A stretch of 64,000 nucleotides of DNA from NCBI GenBank assembly GCA_003280995.1, contig QCDG01000007.1, positions 25,026 to 89,025 on the forward strand. The letters are read 5' to 3'. How positions within the stretch are numbered: the first letter of the stretch is position 1; every line of letters starts with the position of its first letter. This stretch comes from Prochlorococcus sp. AG-355-A09. GTDB taxonomy: Bacteria; Cyanobacteriota; Cyanobacteriia; PCC-6307; Cyanobiaceae. A program made the translations under genes and the position numbers. The notes under the pieces were generated by a model. It was given only the letters and a program-made list of their open reading frames with translations. It was not told the origin of the DNA and ran no database searches. Positions 10,695 to 20,240 of this stretch are shown here, piece after piece.

Positions 10695-11726
10695 ATAAAA
10701 GAAACTATTTCAAACTTAACCAGTAAAAATACAACGAAAAATACTAATTCTTCAAAAACATTTAATTGGCAAAAAGAGATTAAAAATTACGTAGACCCGC
10801 CAAGTTTTTGGAATCCAACATTAGGTTTATTTTTGGGCGGTTATTTTCTTGCGTTTCTTAGCATATGGCAATGGTATAGAGGTGTTTGGCCTTTACCTTT
10901 ACTTGTAGCTACTGCTTTTTTGGCTTTACATATTGAAGGTACTGTTATTCATGATGCCTGTCATAAAGCTGCTCATCCAGTTCCTTGGATAAATCAAGCA
11001 ATGGGCCATGGCTCAGCTATTCTATTAGGGTTTAGCTTCCCAGTTTTTACGAGAGTTCATCTACAACATCATATTCACGTAAATCACCCCAAAAATGATC
11101 CGGATCATATTGTCAGTACTTTTGGTCCAATTTGGCTAATTGCTCCAAGATTTTTTTATCATGAGGTATTTTTCTTTCAAAGAAAACTCTGGCGAAGATA
11201 TGAATTACTACAATGGGGAATTGAAAGATCCATATTCCTGACAATTATCTTGGCAGGTTTGAAATTTGACTTTATGAATTTAATTTATAATTTATGGTTC
11301 GGCCCAGCATTAATGGTAGGAGTCACTTTAGGAATATTTTTTGATTATTTACCCCATAGACCATTTCGATCAAGAAATAAATGGATAAATTCTCGAGTTT
11401 ATCCAAGCAAATTTATGAATTTATTAATAATGGGACAAAATTACCATCTCATTCATCATCTATGGCCTTCGATTCCTTGGTTTGAATACAAAATAGCTTA
11501 TGAAAAAACTAAGCCTTTATTGGATAAAAAAGGCTCCCCTCAAAGGGTTGGGATATTTGAAAGCAAAGAAGACATTTTTAACTTTATTTATGATTTATTA
11601 ATAGGTGTAAGGAGTCATAGCAAAAAGAGGGGGAAAATAAGAAAAATCATAAATTTATATCCAGGCTTTAAGATAAAAAAAATTTTATTAAAGCTAGTCA
11701 ACAAAACATTTATTGGAAGCAACTAA
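10695..11726 (+). CDS. crtR: Beta-carotene hydroxylase CrtR (fatty-acid-desaturase-type di-iron enzyme); start codon unresolved
   Basis: His boxes HDACHKAAH, HLQHHIH and HLIHHLWP. The ORF track starts at TTG 10833, but the frame is open from 10692 and encodes ...DPPSFWNPTLGLFLGGY upstream of that TTG. There is no ATG/GTG/TTG in 10692-10832 (ATA at 10695). Confidence 0.85.
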   Translation: MKETISNLTSKNTTKNTNSSKTFNWQKEIKNYVDPPSFWNPTLGLFLGGYFLAFLSIWQWYRGVWPLPLLVATAFLALHIEGTVIHDACHKAAHPVPWINQAMGHGSAILLGFSFPVFTRVHLQHHIHVNHPKNDPDHIVSTFGPIWLIAPRFFYHEVFFFQRKLWRRYELLQWGIERSIFLTIILAGLKFDFMNLIYNLWFGPALMVGVTLGIFFDYLPHRPFRSRNKWINSRVYPSKFMNLLIMGQNYHLIHHLWPSIPWFEYKIAYEKTKPLLDKKGSPQRVGIFESKEDIFNFIYDLLIGVRSHSKKRGKIRKIINLYPGFKIKKILLKLVNKTFIGSN

Positions 11727-11731
11727 CTTAA

Positions 11732-12025
11732 TCATTCATTAATAATTTTTGGTACTTTAAAATATTTATCTTCTCTCGATGGACCCAATTCTAAAAGTTC
11801 TTCATTGCAACCAGAATTTTTCTTTTCGTCTTTTCTAAATACATTTACAACCTCTATAGCTCTCGTTGTACAGGGGACATCATCAGTATCAATTTTTTCA
11901 AGTTGTCTTATATAATCCAATATCTTTTCTAATTGTTGTGCATGATTATTGATTTCATTCTCGTTAAGTTCTAATCTCGCTAAATGAGCAACTTTTTTTA
12001 CTTCCTCTTTAGTTATTTTTGTCAT
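11732..12025 (-). CDS. gatC: Asp/Glu-tRNA(Asn/Gln) amidotransferase subunit C
   Basis: 97 aa. Has KVAHLARLELNENE and DDVPCTTRA. Confidence 0.9.
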   Translation of the reverse strand: MTKITKEEVKKVAHLARLELNENEINNHAQQLEKILDYIRQLEKIDTDDVPCTTRAIEVVNVFRKDEKKNSGCNEELLELGPSREDKYFKVPKIINE

Positions 12026-12172
12026 ACATTTAATATCTTTCTTATTAAATAATAGTTTATTAAGAACAACTTATTTACATATCCTTTGAATTTCAAATAA
12101 TTTAAAAAAATAATCACATCTTTTTGAAAATCAATATCAATTAATAGCCTTAATTATCTTTCTCAGCTAAAT

Positions 12173-12781
12173 ATGTTATTAGATAGATTTTGAAAAATAG
12201 AAGAAGAATTCTTTCCAAAAAATTTTTTTTATCGGCACTCCAAACTTGTTGCTCCTGATTTAATAGGCTGTTACCTCATAAAAAAAAATAATGAGATAGA
12301 TCAAGTTAAAGGGATAATTGTTGAAACTGAAGCTTATTCACAGGAAGAAGAGGCCTGTCATGGCTACCGCAAAATGACTGAATCAAACAAATCATTATTT
12401 GGCAGACCTGGCACATTTTATATTTACAAATCATATGGCATTCATCATTGTTTAAACATAGTTACTGATAAAGAAAATTTTGCGAGTGGTGTTTTGATAA
12501 GATCAGTTTTTATCTCTAATAAGAATGAAAGATTAGCTTCTGGACCTGGCCTAGTAACAAAAACATTCAGTATAGACATTTCATTTAACTCACTTGAAGT
12601 TCTTAATAACAAATCTTTATGGATTTCTCCACGAGACTCCACTCTAGAAGAAAAAGATCTGATTCAAACTACGAGAATTGGCATATCAAAGGCAAAAAAT
12701 ATAAAATGGCGTTGGTATCTCAAAAATAGTAGGAGTGTAAGTAAAAGATTAAAAGGTGACAGAACACCTAAATTTCAATAA
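12173..12781 (+). CDS. mpg: DNA-3-methyladenine (methylpurine) glycosylase Mpg/AAG family, with in-frame TGA at 12191-12193
   Basis: The ORF track gives only 12374-12781. The same frame is open from 12194 and encodes FFYRHSKLVAPDLIGCYL...GIIVETEAY (catalytic Glu motif). The only canonical start upstream is ATG 12173 (MLLDRF), followed by TGA. Confidence 0.8.
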
Positions 12782-12802
12782 TCATTTATCTTTTTAAGCG
12801 TA

Positions 12803-13819
12803 ATGCAAATTTGGCCTCATAAACATATCCACACACTCGCTAATTTTTCAATTAAAGATTATGAGTCAGTATTTGAATTAGCTAATAGATTTGATGCACT
12901 AAAGAATGCAGGAACAAAAAAGATACCGGCCTTACAAGGGACTTTGGTAACGTCTTTATTTTTTGAAGCTAGTACAAGAACAAAAAATAGTTTTGAGCTT
13001 GCAGCAAAAAGACTTTCTGCTGATGTCCAAACGTTTGCGCCATCCTCCAGCTCTTTAACAAAAGGCGAAACAATAATTGATACAGCCATAACTTATTCTG
13101 CTATGGGGGCAGATACATTAGTTATCAGACATTCATCAAGTTACATAACCTTTGAGATCGCAAAAAAACTTGATGCAATAAATGCCAAGACTTCGGTTCT
13201 TAATGCAGGAGATGGATTACATAGTCACCCCAGCCAAGGATTGCTTGACATCTATACATTGATAAAATTCTTTTCCCAAAAAACACTGAATCCAGAGGTT
13301 TTAAATTCCAAAAAAATTTTAATAGTTGGCGACGTTAATCATTCAAGGGTTGCCAGGTCAAATCTTTGGGCTTTGAGTGCATTCGGCGCCGATATAATAT
13401 TATGTGGTCCTAAGACATTAATACCTGATGAATTTATAAATTTTTTAAAAACCCCCGCGCCAAATCAAACAGAAGATCCTATTAAATCAAGAGGTTCCGT
13501 AACAATTTCTAGATCATTGGAAGAATCAATAAAAATTGTAGATGCAATTATTGTTTTAAGACTCCAGAAAGAGAGAATGATGGAAAATTTACTAAGTAGC
13601 ATTGATTCATATAGTTTGGATTATGGCTTAACCCCAGAGAAATTATCTTTAAATAAAAAAGAAATTCCAATCCTACATCCCGGTCCCATTAACAGAGATA
13701 TTGAAATTAGCAGCAAAGTGGTAGATCAATATCCTAATTGCTTAATTAATAATCAAGTTGCAAATGGTATCCCTATAAGAATGGCTTTGCTTTATCTATT
13801 ACAGAAACACAACAAGTAA
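12803..13819 (+). CDS. pyrB: Aspartate carbamoyltransferase catalytic subunit
   Basis: 338 aa. Has [17 protein letters not shown] and HPGP. Confidence 0.95.
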   Translation: MQIWPHKHIHTLANFSIKDYESVFELANRFDALKNAGTKKIPALQGTLVTSLFFEASTRTKNSFELAAKRLSADVQTFAPSSSSLTKGETIIDTAITYSAMGADTLVIRHSSSYITFEIAKKLDAINAKTSVLNAGDGLHSHPSQGLLDIYTLIKFFSQKTLNPEVLNSKKILIVGDVNHSRVARSNLWALSAFGADIILCGPKTLIPDEFINFLKTPAPNQTEDPIKSRGSVTISRSLEESIKIVDAIIVLRLQKERMMENLLSSIDSYSLDYGLTPEKLSLNKKEIPILHPGPINRDIEISSKVVDQYPNCLINNQVANGIPIRMALLYLLQKHNK

Positions 13820-13821
13820 AT

Positions 13822-14163
13822 TTATAGCAACTTAAGACTTTCTGTAAAGAAACCATAAAATAATCCTAATCTTAAAGAATCTAATAAGAGTACTAAAAAT
13901 TTCTTTTTCCTTTCAAATCTGAAATTTCTTCTCAAAACTATTAAAAACTCAATAAAAACTACTGATAAAAAAGCGGCTATAGGATCCATGAGTTCCACAA
14001 CGGCACTTACCATACCAAGAGAACTTCCAAAAAAGTATCCGATTAAAAGTGTAATTAATGATATTGAATATCTTCGCCATGGATTATTAGCCCAAATACT
14101 TATTGTCTGAATATTTTCCACAATTTTTAGCTGAAATTTTGTCTTTTGAGGGTTAACAGCCAT
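13822..14163 (-). CDS. Small membrane protein, Ycf20/DUF565-like
   Basis: 113 aa. Pattern LITLLIGYFFGSSLG...IEFLIVLRR resembles Ycf20-family proteins (from memory). Confidence 0.55.
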   Translation of the reverse strand: MAVNPQKTKFQLKIVENIQTISIWANNPWRRYSISLITLLIGYFFGSSLGMVSAVVELMDPIAAFLSVVFIEFLIVLRRNFRFERKKKFLVLLLDSLRLGLFYGFFTESLKLL

Positions 14164-14174
14164 TTTGCATTAAA

Positions 14175-14375
14175 CTAAGCCGCTTCTGAGTTTGATTGAA
14201 TTTTAGTATTTCCTTCAGTTAATTCAAGTAATGCTTCCAACTGAGCCATTAACCCTCTTAATTCGCCTGGCTCAGGGAAAAGGTCATCTTCTTTGATTCC
14301 TAAATGCATTTCTCTGAGCTCTTGCCTTAAATAGCGTATGTGACTAATGACTTGCTCTCTTTTAGTTTGCGACAT
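14175..14375 (-). CDS. Hypothetical small helical protein
   Basis: 66 aa. Co-directional with the Ycf20-like gene and 11 nt upstream of it. No motif recognised. Confidence 0.45.
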   Translation of the reverse strand: MSQTKREQVISHIRYLRQELREMHLGIKEDDLFPEPGELRGLMAQLEALLELTEGNTKIQSNSEAA

Positions 14376-14590
14376 GATATGAATTTTTGAATATTTTAAG
14401 AAAGAATATTTTTGAAAAGGAGAGTTTGCATATTTATGACTGAGAATGAAGATAAATGACCTAACAACAATTTGAAAAGATTATGAAAATTGAAAATTAT
14501 CATATCCTTGAAAATATGTACTTAATTCTTATATCAATTTTAAATAATTACTTGAGGCTTTATTATTAGAATATATTGACTTTACTCAAT

Positions 14591-14812
14591 ATGAAATTCA
14601 TTTCTGAAAATAAAATAAGTGAGGAGCTAGTAAATTCTTTTGATGAAGAAATGACCTTTGAGCTCGCTAAAAGGCTAGAGGAAGATAATTATAATACTCC
14701 ATTTGATGGTTTAAAAGACTGGCACTTACTGAGGGCTCTTGCAATCAATAGGCCTGAATTAACGACTAATTATACCCATCTCCTCGATCAGGAACCTTTC
14801 GATGAAAACTAA
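14591..14812 (+). CDS. Hypothetical acidic protein (ORF-track TTG start 14576; ATG 14591 preferred)
   Basis: About 73 aa. Overlaps the coaBC start by 11 nt, which suggests translational coupling. Confidence 0.5.
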   Translation: MKFISENKISEELVNSFDEEMTFELAKRLEEDNYNTPFDGLKDWHLLRALAINRPELTTNYTHLLDQEPFDEN

Positions 14813-16049
14813 AAGTAAGGACTCAAAAATAAAGGTTCTTTTATTAATAACTGGAAGTATTGCAGCTGTAAGAATTCCATTATTAGTTAGCCAATTAGCG
14901 AAAGAAAATTATGAAATAAGATGCGTTTTATCAAAAAATGCAGAAAAATTAATAAAGCCGCTTTCTCTTTCTATTTTAAGTAGAAACCCATGCATTTTAG
15001 AAAATGATCAATGGTCTGATGGTCAATCAACACCTCTTCACATAGAACTAAGTAATTGGGCTGATATTTTAATCATCGCCCCTTTAACAGCGACAACATT
15101 AGCAAAATGGGTAACTGGAAATGCAGAGGGATTGATCCCAAGCATCTTAATAGCAAATATAAAGCCCATTATTGTTGCACCAGCAATGAATACACAAATG
15201 TGGCTAAATAAAGCTGTCCAAAAAAATTATGAGAATTTACAGAATTACGAAAATGTTTTGTCTTTGCAACCAAGTGAAGGCCTCTTAGCATGTGATGCTA
15301 TAGGCATGGGTAAGATACCTTCTAATGATCTAATCCAATTAGCTCTTGAATTTATAGCTTCACATAAACAAAATGAATATCGCAAAGATTTACTTAATAA
15401 AGAAATTTTAATAACTGGAGGGTGTACCTCAGAAAAAATTGACGCGGCAAGACACATTACTAACAAAAGTTCTGGAGCCATGGGCCTGCTTCTTTCTCAA
15501 GTAGCGAGGTTCAGGGGAGCACACGTAAAATATGTTCATGGTCCTCTGAGAATCGATAAGAATCTTACTGATGGAATAAAAAGATATGAAATTGAAACTA
15601 GTATTGATTTAATTAAGGCTCTTAATGATGAAATATCAAATTGCGATTATTTTTTCATGAATGCAGCAGTATCTGATTTCAAAATAACCTCTGATACTTC
15701 AGCTAAAATTCCAAAAAATCAAATTAATGATCATTTGAATCAAAACTTTGAGCTAGTCCCTGATATTTTAAAAACAATTAGTAAATCAAAAAAAGATAAC
15801 CAAGTTTTTGTAGGCTTTTGTGCTTTTACAGGATCCATCGATGAGGCACGAATGACAATTAAAGAAAAGATTATCCAAAAGGGTTGTGATTATCTATTCG
15901 CAAATCCAATTGATCTTGAAGGCCAAGGATTTGGCTTTTTGGCACAAAATGAAGGTTGGCTATTCGATACGAACAATATGGAACACTACATTAACAAAAC
16001 ATCAAAAATTGATTTAGCAAATAAATTAATAACCCAAATTATTTCATAA
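14802..16049 (+). CDS. coaBC: Bifunctional phosphopantothenoylcysteine decarboxylase / phosphopantothenate-cysteine ligase
   Basis: 415 aa. Flavoprotein N-domain (LLITGSIAAVR, PAMNTQMW) and CoaB domain (ITGGCTSEKIDAARHITNKSSGAMG). Confidence 0.93.
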   Translation: MKTKSKDSKIKVLLLITGSIAAVRIPLLVSQLAKENYEIRCVLSKNAEKLIKPLSLSILSRNPCILENDQWSDGQSTPLHIELSNWADILIIAPLTATTLAKWVTGNAEGLIPSILIANIKPIIVAPAMNTQMWLNKAVQKNYENLQNYENVLSLQPSEGLLACDAIGMGKIPSNDLIQLALEFIASHKQNEYRKDLLNKEILITGGCTSEKIDAARHITNKSSGAMGLLLSQVARFRGAHVKYVHGPLRIDKNLTDGIKRYEIETSIDLIKALNDEISNCDYFFMNAAVSDFKITSDTSAKIPKNQINDHLNQNFELVPDILKTISKSKKDNQVFVGFCAFTGSIDEARMTIKEKIIQKGCDYLFANPIDLEGQGFGFLAQNEGWLFDTNNMEHYINKTSKIDLANKLITQIIS

Positions 16050-16276
16050 AAAAAATAAAAAAAAAATTTTTTAATTTGTATTTTTTTGTAATCTTAATCA
16101 TTAAAAATAATGTGATAGCTTACAATAATTCCAGTTTTTTAAAATCTAAAAAGCTACGGGTTGTTTCGAGGATTTAATAGTCCTATCTTTTATGGTCCTT
16201 TCCCTTGTATTATCCGTACTGAACTTATTAGATGACCTTTAATCTATCGTCACAGAACTTTACTGCAACTTTAATT

Positions 16277-17071
16277 ATGAGAATTCGTTCTTTCTTAGCT
16301 TTTGTTATTTCAATTTGTATAACTTTTGCTTTCGTACCTGTTAAAACATTTGCTTTTTCTGAAAGAGGAAATGCACAATTTACAGATGTTGTTAACACAG
16401 GAAAAGCTAATGATTGCCCTACATTAGACTCATCTCTTGTCGGATCAATATCTCTAGGGAATGGAGATAGCCTTAAAGGAATATGCATGCATCCAACAGA
16501 AGTTTATGTAAAAGTGCCAGGGACAAAACGAAAAGCTGCAGAATTTGTTTCTACAAAAATTATTAGTCCTAGAAATAACACCACAGTGACAGAAGTTTAT
16601 GGCGATATAGATTCAGGAACCTTCACTGAAAAGGGTGGTATTGATTTTCAACTTATTACTGTATTAACTCCTGGTGGTTTAGAGGTGCCATTTGCATTCT
16701 CAGCAAAAGATCTTACAGCTGATTTACCTTCATCTATTGAGCCAGGAACTGAGGTTAGTGGTTCAACATTTACACCTAACTACAGAACTGGTGACTTTCT
16801 AGATCCGAAGGCAAGAGCTAAAAATACTGGTGTTGAATATGCTCAAGGTTTAGTTGCATTAGGAGGAGATGATGAAGAACTTGCAAAAGAAAATATTAAA
16901 GTTGATGTAAATGGTACTGGCGTTATAACTCTTTCAATCAACTATGTAGATTCTGACACAGACGAATTTGCTGGTACTTTTGAAGCTATCCAACCTTCAG
17001 ATACAGACATGGGTTCAAAGGATCCACTTGATGTAAAAATAATTGGGGAGCTTTACGGAAGAAAGGCATAA
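16277..17071 (+). CDS. psbO: Photosystem II manganese-stabilising protein PsbO
   Basis: ATG 16277 gives a signal-peptide-like MRIRSFLAFVISICITFAFVPVKTFA followed by mature PsbO motifs (GKANDCPTL, GICMHP, FTEKGGIDF). The ORF-track start at 16232 is probably too far upstream. Confidence 0.93.
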   Translation: MRIRSFLAFVISICITFAFVPVKTFAFSERGNAQFTDVVNTGKANDCPTLDSSLVGSISLGNGDSLKGICMHPTEVYVKVPGTKRKAAEFVSTKIISPRNNTTVTEVYGDIDSGTFTEKGGIDFQLITVLTPGGLEVPFAFSAKDLTADLPSSIEPGTEVSGSTFTPNYRTGDFLDPKARAKNTGVEYAQGLVALGGDDEELAKENIKVDVNGTGVITLSINYVDSDTDEFAGTFEAIQPSDTDMGSKDPLDVKIIGELYGRKA

Positions 17072-17089
17072 ATCCTACTCAATAGAAAA

Positions 17090-17115
17090 AGGGGGTTAAA
17101 CCCCTCTTTTTTTTT
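17090..17115 (+). terminator. Rho-independent terminator of psbO
   Basis: AGGGG(gttaaa)CCCCT stem-loop followed by C plus 9 T. Confidence 0.8.
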
Positions 17116-17143
17116 CAAAATTTTTCTTTATTAATTTAAAAAA

Positions 17144-18319
17144 ATGGAATTACAACAAAAAACTAAAACAGATACTAATGGACTAATCCCTCCTTATGGA
17201 GGGGAACTAAAAAATCTAATTATCAAAGATGAAAAACTTAAAAATGATCTTATCTCTAAAGCTACCTATGAGTTTGAATGTAGCGAAAGAAATGCATGCG
17301 ATGTAGAACTTTTGATGGTTGGAGCTTTTTCTCCATTGGAAGGTTTTATGGATGAAAATAACTACAATTCGGTAATTAAAAATAATAGAAATACAAACGG
17401 ATTTCTTTTTGGCTTGCCTATTGTATTTGATTCAAATAATGAAAAAGTAAAAGCTGGAGAGACAATATTGCTTACTTATAAAAAGCAAAAAATAGCAGTT
17501 TTAGAAGTTAGCTCTAAATGGGAGCCTGACAAATCCTTAGAAGCTGAACTTTGTTATGGTACTAATTCTTTAGATCATCCAGCTGTTAAGATGATTTTTA
17601 ACGAGAGAGGGAGATTCTATATAGGAGGAAGAGTTTATGGTTTCGAACTACCAACTAGAGAATTCCCCTGCAAAACCCCAGAAGAAGTTAGATCTACACT
17701 GCCATCAAATCATGATGTAGTTGCATTTCAATGCAGAAATCCAATTCATAGAGCACATTATGAATTATTTACTAATGCCTTACTTTCAGAAAATGTCTCC
17801 TCTAAATCAGTTGTTTTAGTTCATCCAACTTGTGGACCAACTCAACAAGATGATATCCCGGGCAAAGTTAGATATTTGACCTATAAAGAATTAGAAGAGG
17901 AAATATCTGATGAAAGAATAAAATGGGCTTTTTTACCTTATTCAATGCATATGGCGGGGCCAAGAGAAGCTCTGCAACATATGATAATAAGAAGAAATTA
18001 TGGCTGCACCCACTTTATTATTGGTAGAGATATGGCTGGTTGTAAGTCTTCATCAACTGGTGAGGATTTTTATGGTCCATATGACGCCCAGAATTTTGCA
18101 AATAAGTGTGCAGATGAATTGATGATGCAAACTGTTCCTTCAAAAAATTTAGTTTATACGAAGGAAAAAGGATATATAACAGCTGAAGAAGCCAAAGAAT
18201 TAAATTATGAAATTATGAAACTTAGTGGTACTGAATTTAGAAAGAAATTAAGGAATGGCGAACCAATTCCTGAATGGTTTGCATTCAAAAGTGTAGTAGA
18301 TGTTCTAAGACGCTCTTAA
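17144..18319 (+). CDS. sat: Sulfate adenylyltransferase (ATP sulfurylase)
   Basis: 391 aa. Has QCRNPIHRAHYEL and GRDMAG. Confidence 0.93.
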   Translation: MELQQKTKTDTNGLIPPYGGELKNLIIKDEKLKNDLISKATYEFECSERNACDVELLMVGAFSPLEGFMDENNYNSVIKNNRNTNGFLFGLPIVFDSNNEKVKAGETILLTYKKQKIAVLEVSSKWEPDKSLEAELCYGTNSLDHPAVKMIFNERGRFYIGGRVYGFELPTREFPCKTPEEVRSTLPSNHDVVAFQCRNPIHRAHYELFTNALLSENVSSKSVVLVHPTCGPTQQDDIPGKVRYLTYKELEEEISDERIKWAFLPYSMHMAGPREALQHMIIRRNYGCTHFIIGRDMAGCKSSSTGEDFYGPYDAQNFANKCADELMMQTVPSKNLVYTKEKGYITAEEAKELNYEIMKLSGTEFRKKLRNGEPIPEWFAFKSVVDVLRRS

Positions 18320-18365
18320 TAATGTTTTATTATTAGTATTATAGATTTATTAAAGATTTTTTATT

Positions 18366-20219
18366 GTGAACAAACGTTGGAGAAACGTAGGACTTTATGT
18401 CCTAGCTGTTATTACTGTAATTTTCATTGGTACCTCAGTTTTTGATAAACCTAATACTGAAAGTTCTACAAAGACCTTGAGATATAGTGATTTTATAGAG
18501 GCAGTACAAGATAAAGAAATCAGTAGAGTCCTAATATCTCCAGATAATGCCACAGCTCAAGTTGTTGAAAATGATGGGAGCAGGTCTGAGGTCAATTTAG
18601 CCCCTGACAAAGATTTATTAAAAATACTGACTGAGAATAATGTAGATATAGCTGTAACTCCTACAAAATTAGCCAATCCATGGCAACAAGCTATAAGTAG
18701 CTTAATTTTTCCAGTACTTTTGATCGGAGGCCTATTTTTTCTTTTCAGAAGATCCCAAAGTGGTAATGCTGGAGGTGGTAACCCTGCCATGAGTTTTGGT
18801 AAAAGCAAAGCTAGATTGCAAATGGAACCATCTACACAAGTAACCTTTTCAGATGTTGCTGGTGTTGAAGGGGCAAAATTAGAACTTACAGAAGTTGTAG
18901 ATTTTCTTAAGAGCCCAGATAGATTTACTGCAGTAGGAGCAAAAATTCCAAAAGGAGTTCTTCTTGTTGGCCCTCCTGGGACAGGAAAAACATTGTTAGC
19001 AAAAGCAGTAGCTGGAGAAGCAGGTGTACCTTTTTTCTCAATATCTGGTTCAGAATTTGTAGAGATGTTTGTAGGAGTTGGGGCTAGTAGAGTTAGAGAT
19101 CTTTTTGAACAAGCTAAAAAGAATGCTCCTTGTATTGTTTTTATTGACGAAATAGATGCAGTTGGAAGACAAAGGGGTGCTGGTATGGGCGGAGGAAATG
19201 ATGAAAGAGAGCAAACATTAAATCAACTCCTAACTGAAATGGATGGTTTCGAAGGTAATTCAGGAATAATAATAGTTGCTGCCACCAACAGACCAGATGT
19301 CTTAGATTCAGCTTTAATGCGTCCTGGAAGATTCGATAGACAGGTAACAGTAGATAGACCAGATTATGCTGGAAGATTGCAGATATTAAATGTTCATGCG
19401 AAAGATAAAACTCTTTCAAAAGACGTAGATTTAGATAAAGTTGCTAGAAGAACACCAGGATTTACTGGTGCAGATTTAGCTAATCTCTTAAATGAAGCAG
19501 CGATATTAGCAGCTAGAAAAGATTTAGATAAAGTAAGTAACGATGAAGTAGGTGATGCAATTGAAAGAGTTATGGCTGGCCCAGAAAAGAAAGATAGAGT
19601 AATCAGTGATAAGAAAAAAGAATTAGTTGCTTATCACGAAGCTGGTCATGCACTCGTTGGAGCATTAATGCCTGATTATGATCCAGTAGCAAAAGTTTCA
19701 ATTATTCCAAGAGGTCAAGCTGGAGGTCTAACCTTCTTTACTCCAAGTGAAGAAAGAATGGAATCTGGTCTTTACTCTCGTTCTTACCTTCAAAATCAAA
19801 TGGCTGTAGCTCTTGGTGGAAGAGTTGCTGAAGAAATTGTTTATGGAGAAGAAGAAGTAACAACTGGAGCTTCAAATGATTTACAACAAGTTGCTAATGT
19901 AGCAAGACAAATGATCACTAAATTCGGCATGAGTGACAAAATAGGTCCTGTCGCTCTAGGTCAATCTCAAGGTGGAATGTTTCTCGGAAGAGATATGAGC
20001 TCTACAAGAGACTTTTCTGAAGACACGGCCGCAACAATTGATGTAGAGGTTTCAGAACTTGTTGATGTGGCCTATAAGAGAGCTACAAAAGTTTTATCAG
20101 ATAACAGAATAGTTCTAGACGAAATGGCTCAAATGCTAATTGAAAGAGAAACTATAGATACTGAAGATATCCAAGATTTGCTTAACCGCTCAGAAGTAAA
20201 AGTCGCAAACTATATTTAA
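18366..20219 (+). CDS. ftsH: ATP-dependent zinc metalloprotease FtsH
   Basis: 617 aa from a GTG start. Has Walker [20 protein letters not shown] region and HEAGH zinc site. Confidence 0.96.
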   Translation: MNKRWRNVGLYVLAVITVIFIGTSVFDKPNTESSTKTLRYSDFIEAVQDKEISRVLISPDNATAQVVENDGSRSEVNLAPDKDLLKILTENNVDIAVTPTKLANPWQQAISSLIFPVLLIGGLFFLFRRSQSGNAGGGNPAMSFGKSKARLQMEPSTQVTFSDVAGVEGAKLELTEVVDFLKSPDRFTAVGAKIPKGVLLVGPPGTGKTLLAKAVAGEAGVPFFSISGSEFVEMFVGVGASRVRDLFEQAKKNAPCIVFIDEIDAVGRQRGAGMGGGNDEREQTLNQLLTEMDGFEGNSGIIIVAATNRPDVLDSALMRPGRFDRQVTVDRPDYAGRLQILNVHAKDKTLSKDVDLDKVARRTPGFTGADLANLLNEAAILAARKDLDKVSNDEVGDAIERVMAGPEKKDRVISDKKKELVAYHEAGHALVGALMPDYDPVAKVSIIPRGQAGGLTFFTPSEERMESGLYSRSYLQNQMAVALGGRVAEEIVYGEEEVTTGASNDLQQVANVARQMITKFGMSDKIGPVALGQSQGGMFLGRDMSSTRDFSEDTAATIDVEVSELVDVAYKRATKVLSDNRIVLDEMAQMLIERETIDTEDIQDLLNRSEVKVANYI

Positions 20220-20240
20220 TCGCGAAAGTTTAAATTTTAA

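Noticed and set aside
10385-10700. tRNA-Leu as a possible integration hotspot (island, tycheposon or phage att site)
   Set aside because: No integrase, no partial duplication of the tRNA 3' end, and no atypical cargo on either side. The flanks are core genes (a membrane protein and crtR).
14621-14628. CTCCTCAC (minus strand), resembling the core of the Yfr1 sRNA motif
   Set aside because: The match is only 8 nt, it lies inside a coding region, and there are no flanking stem-loops.
16228-16488. 86-aa minus-strand ORF overlapping the psbO 5' end
   Set aside because: It is antisense to a certain gene (psbO) and has no motifs or independent signals.
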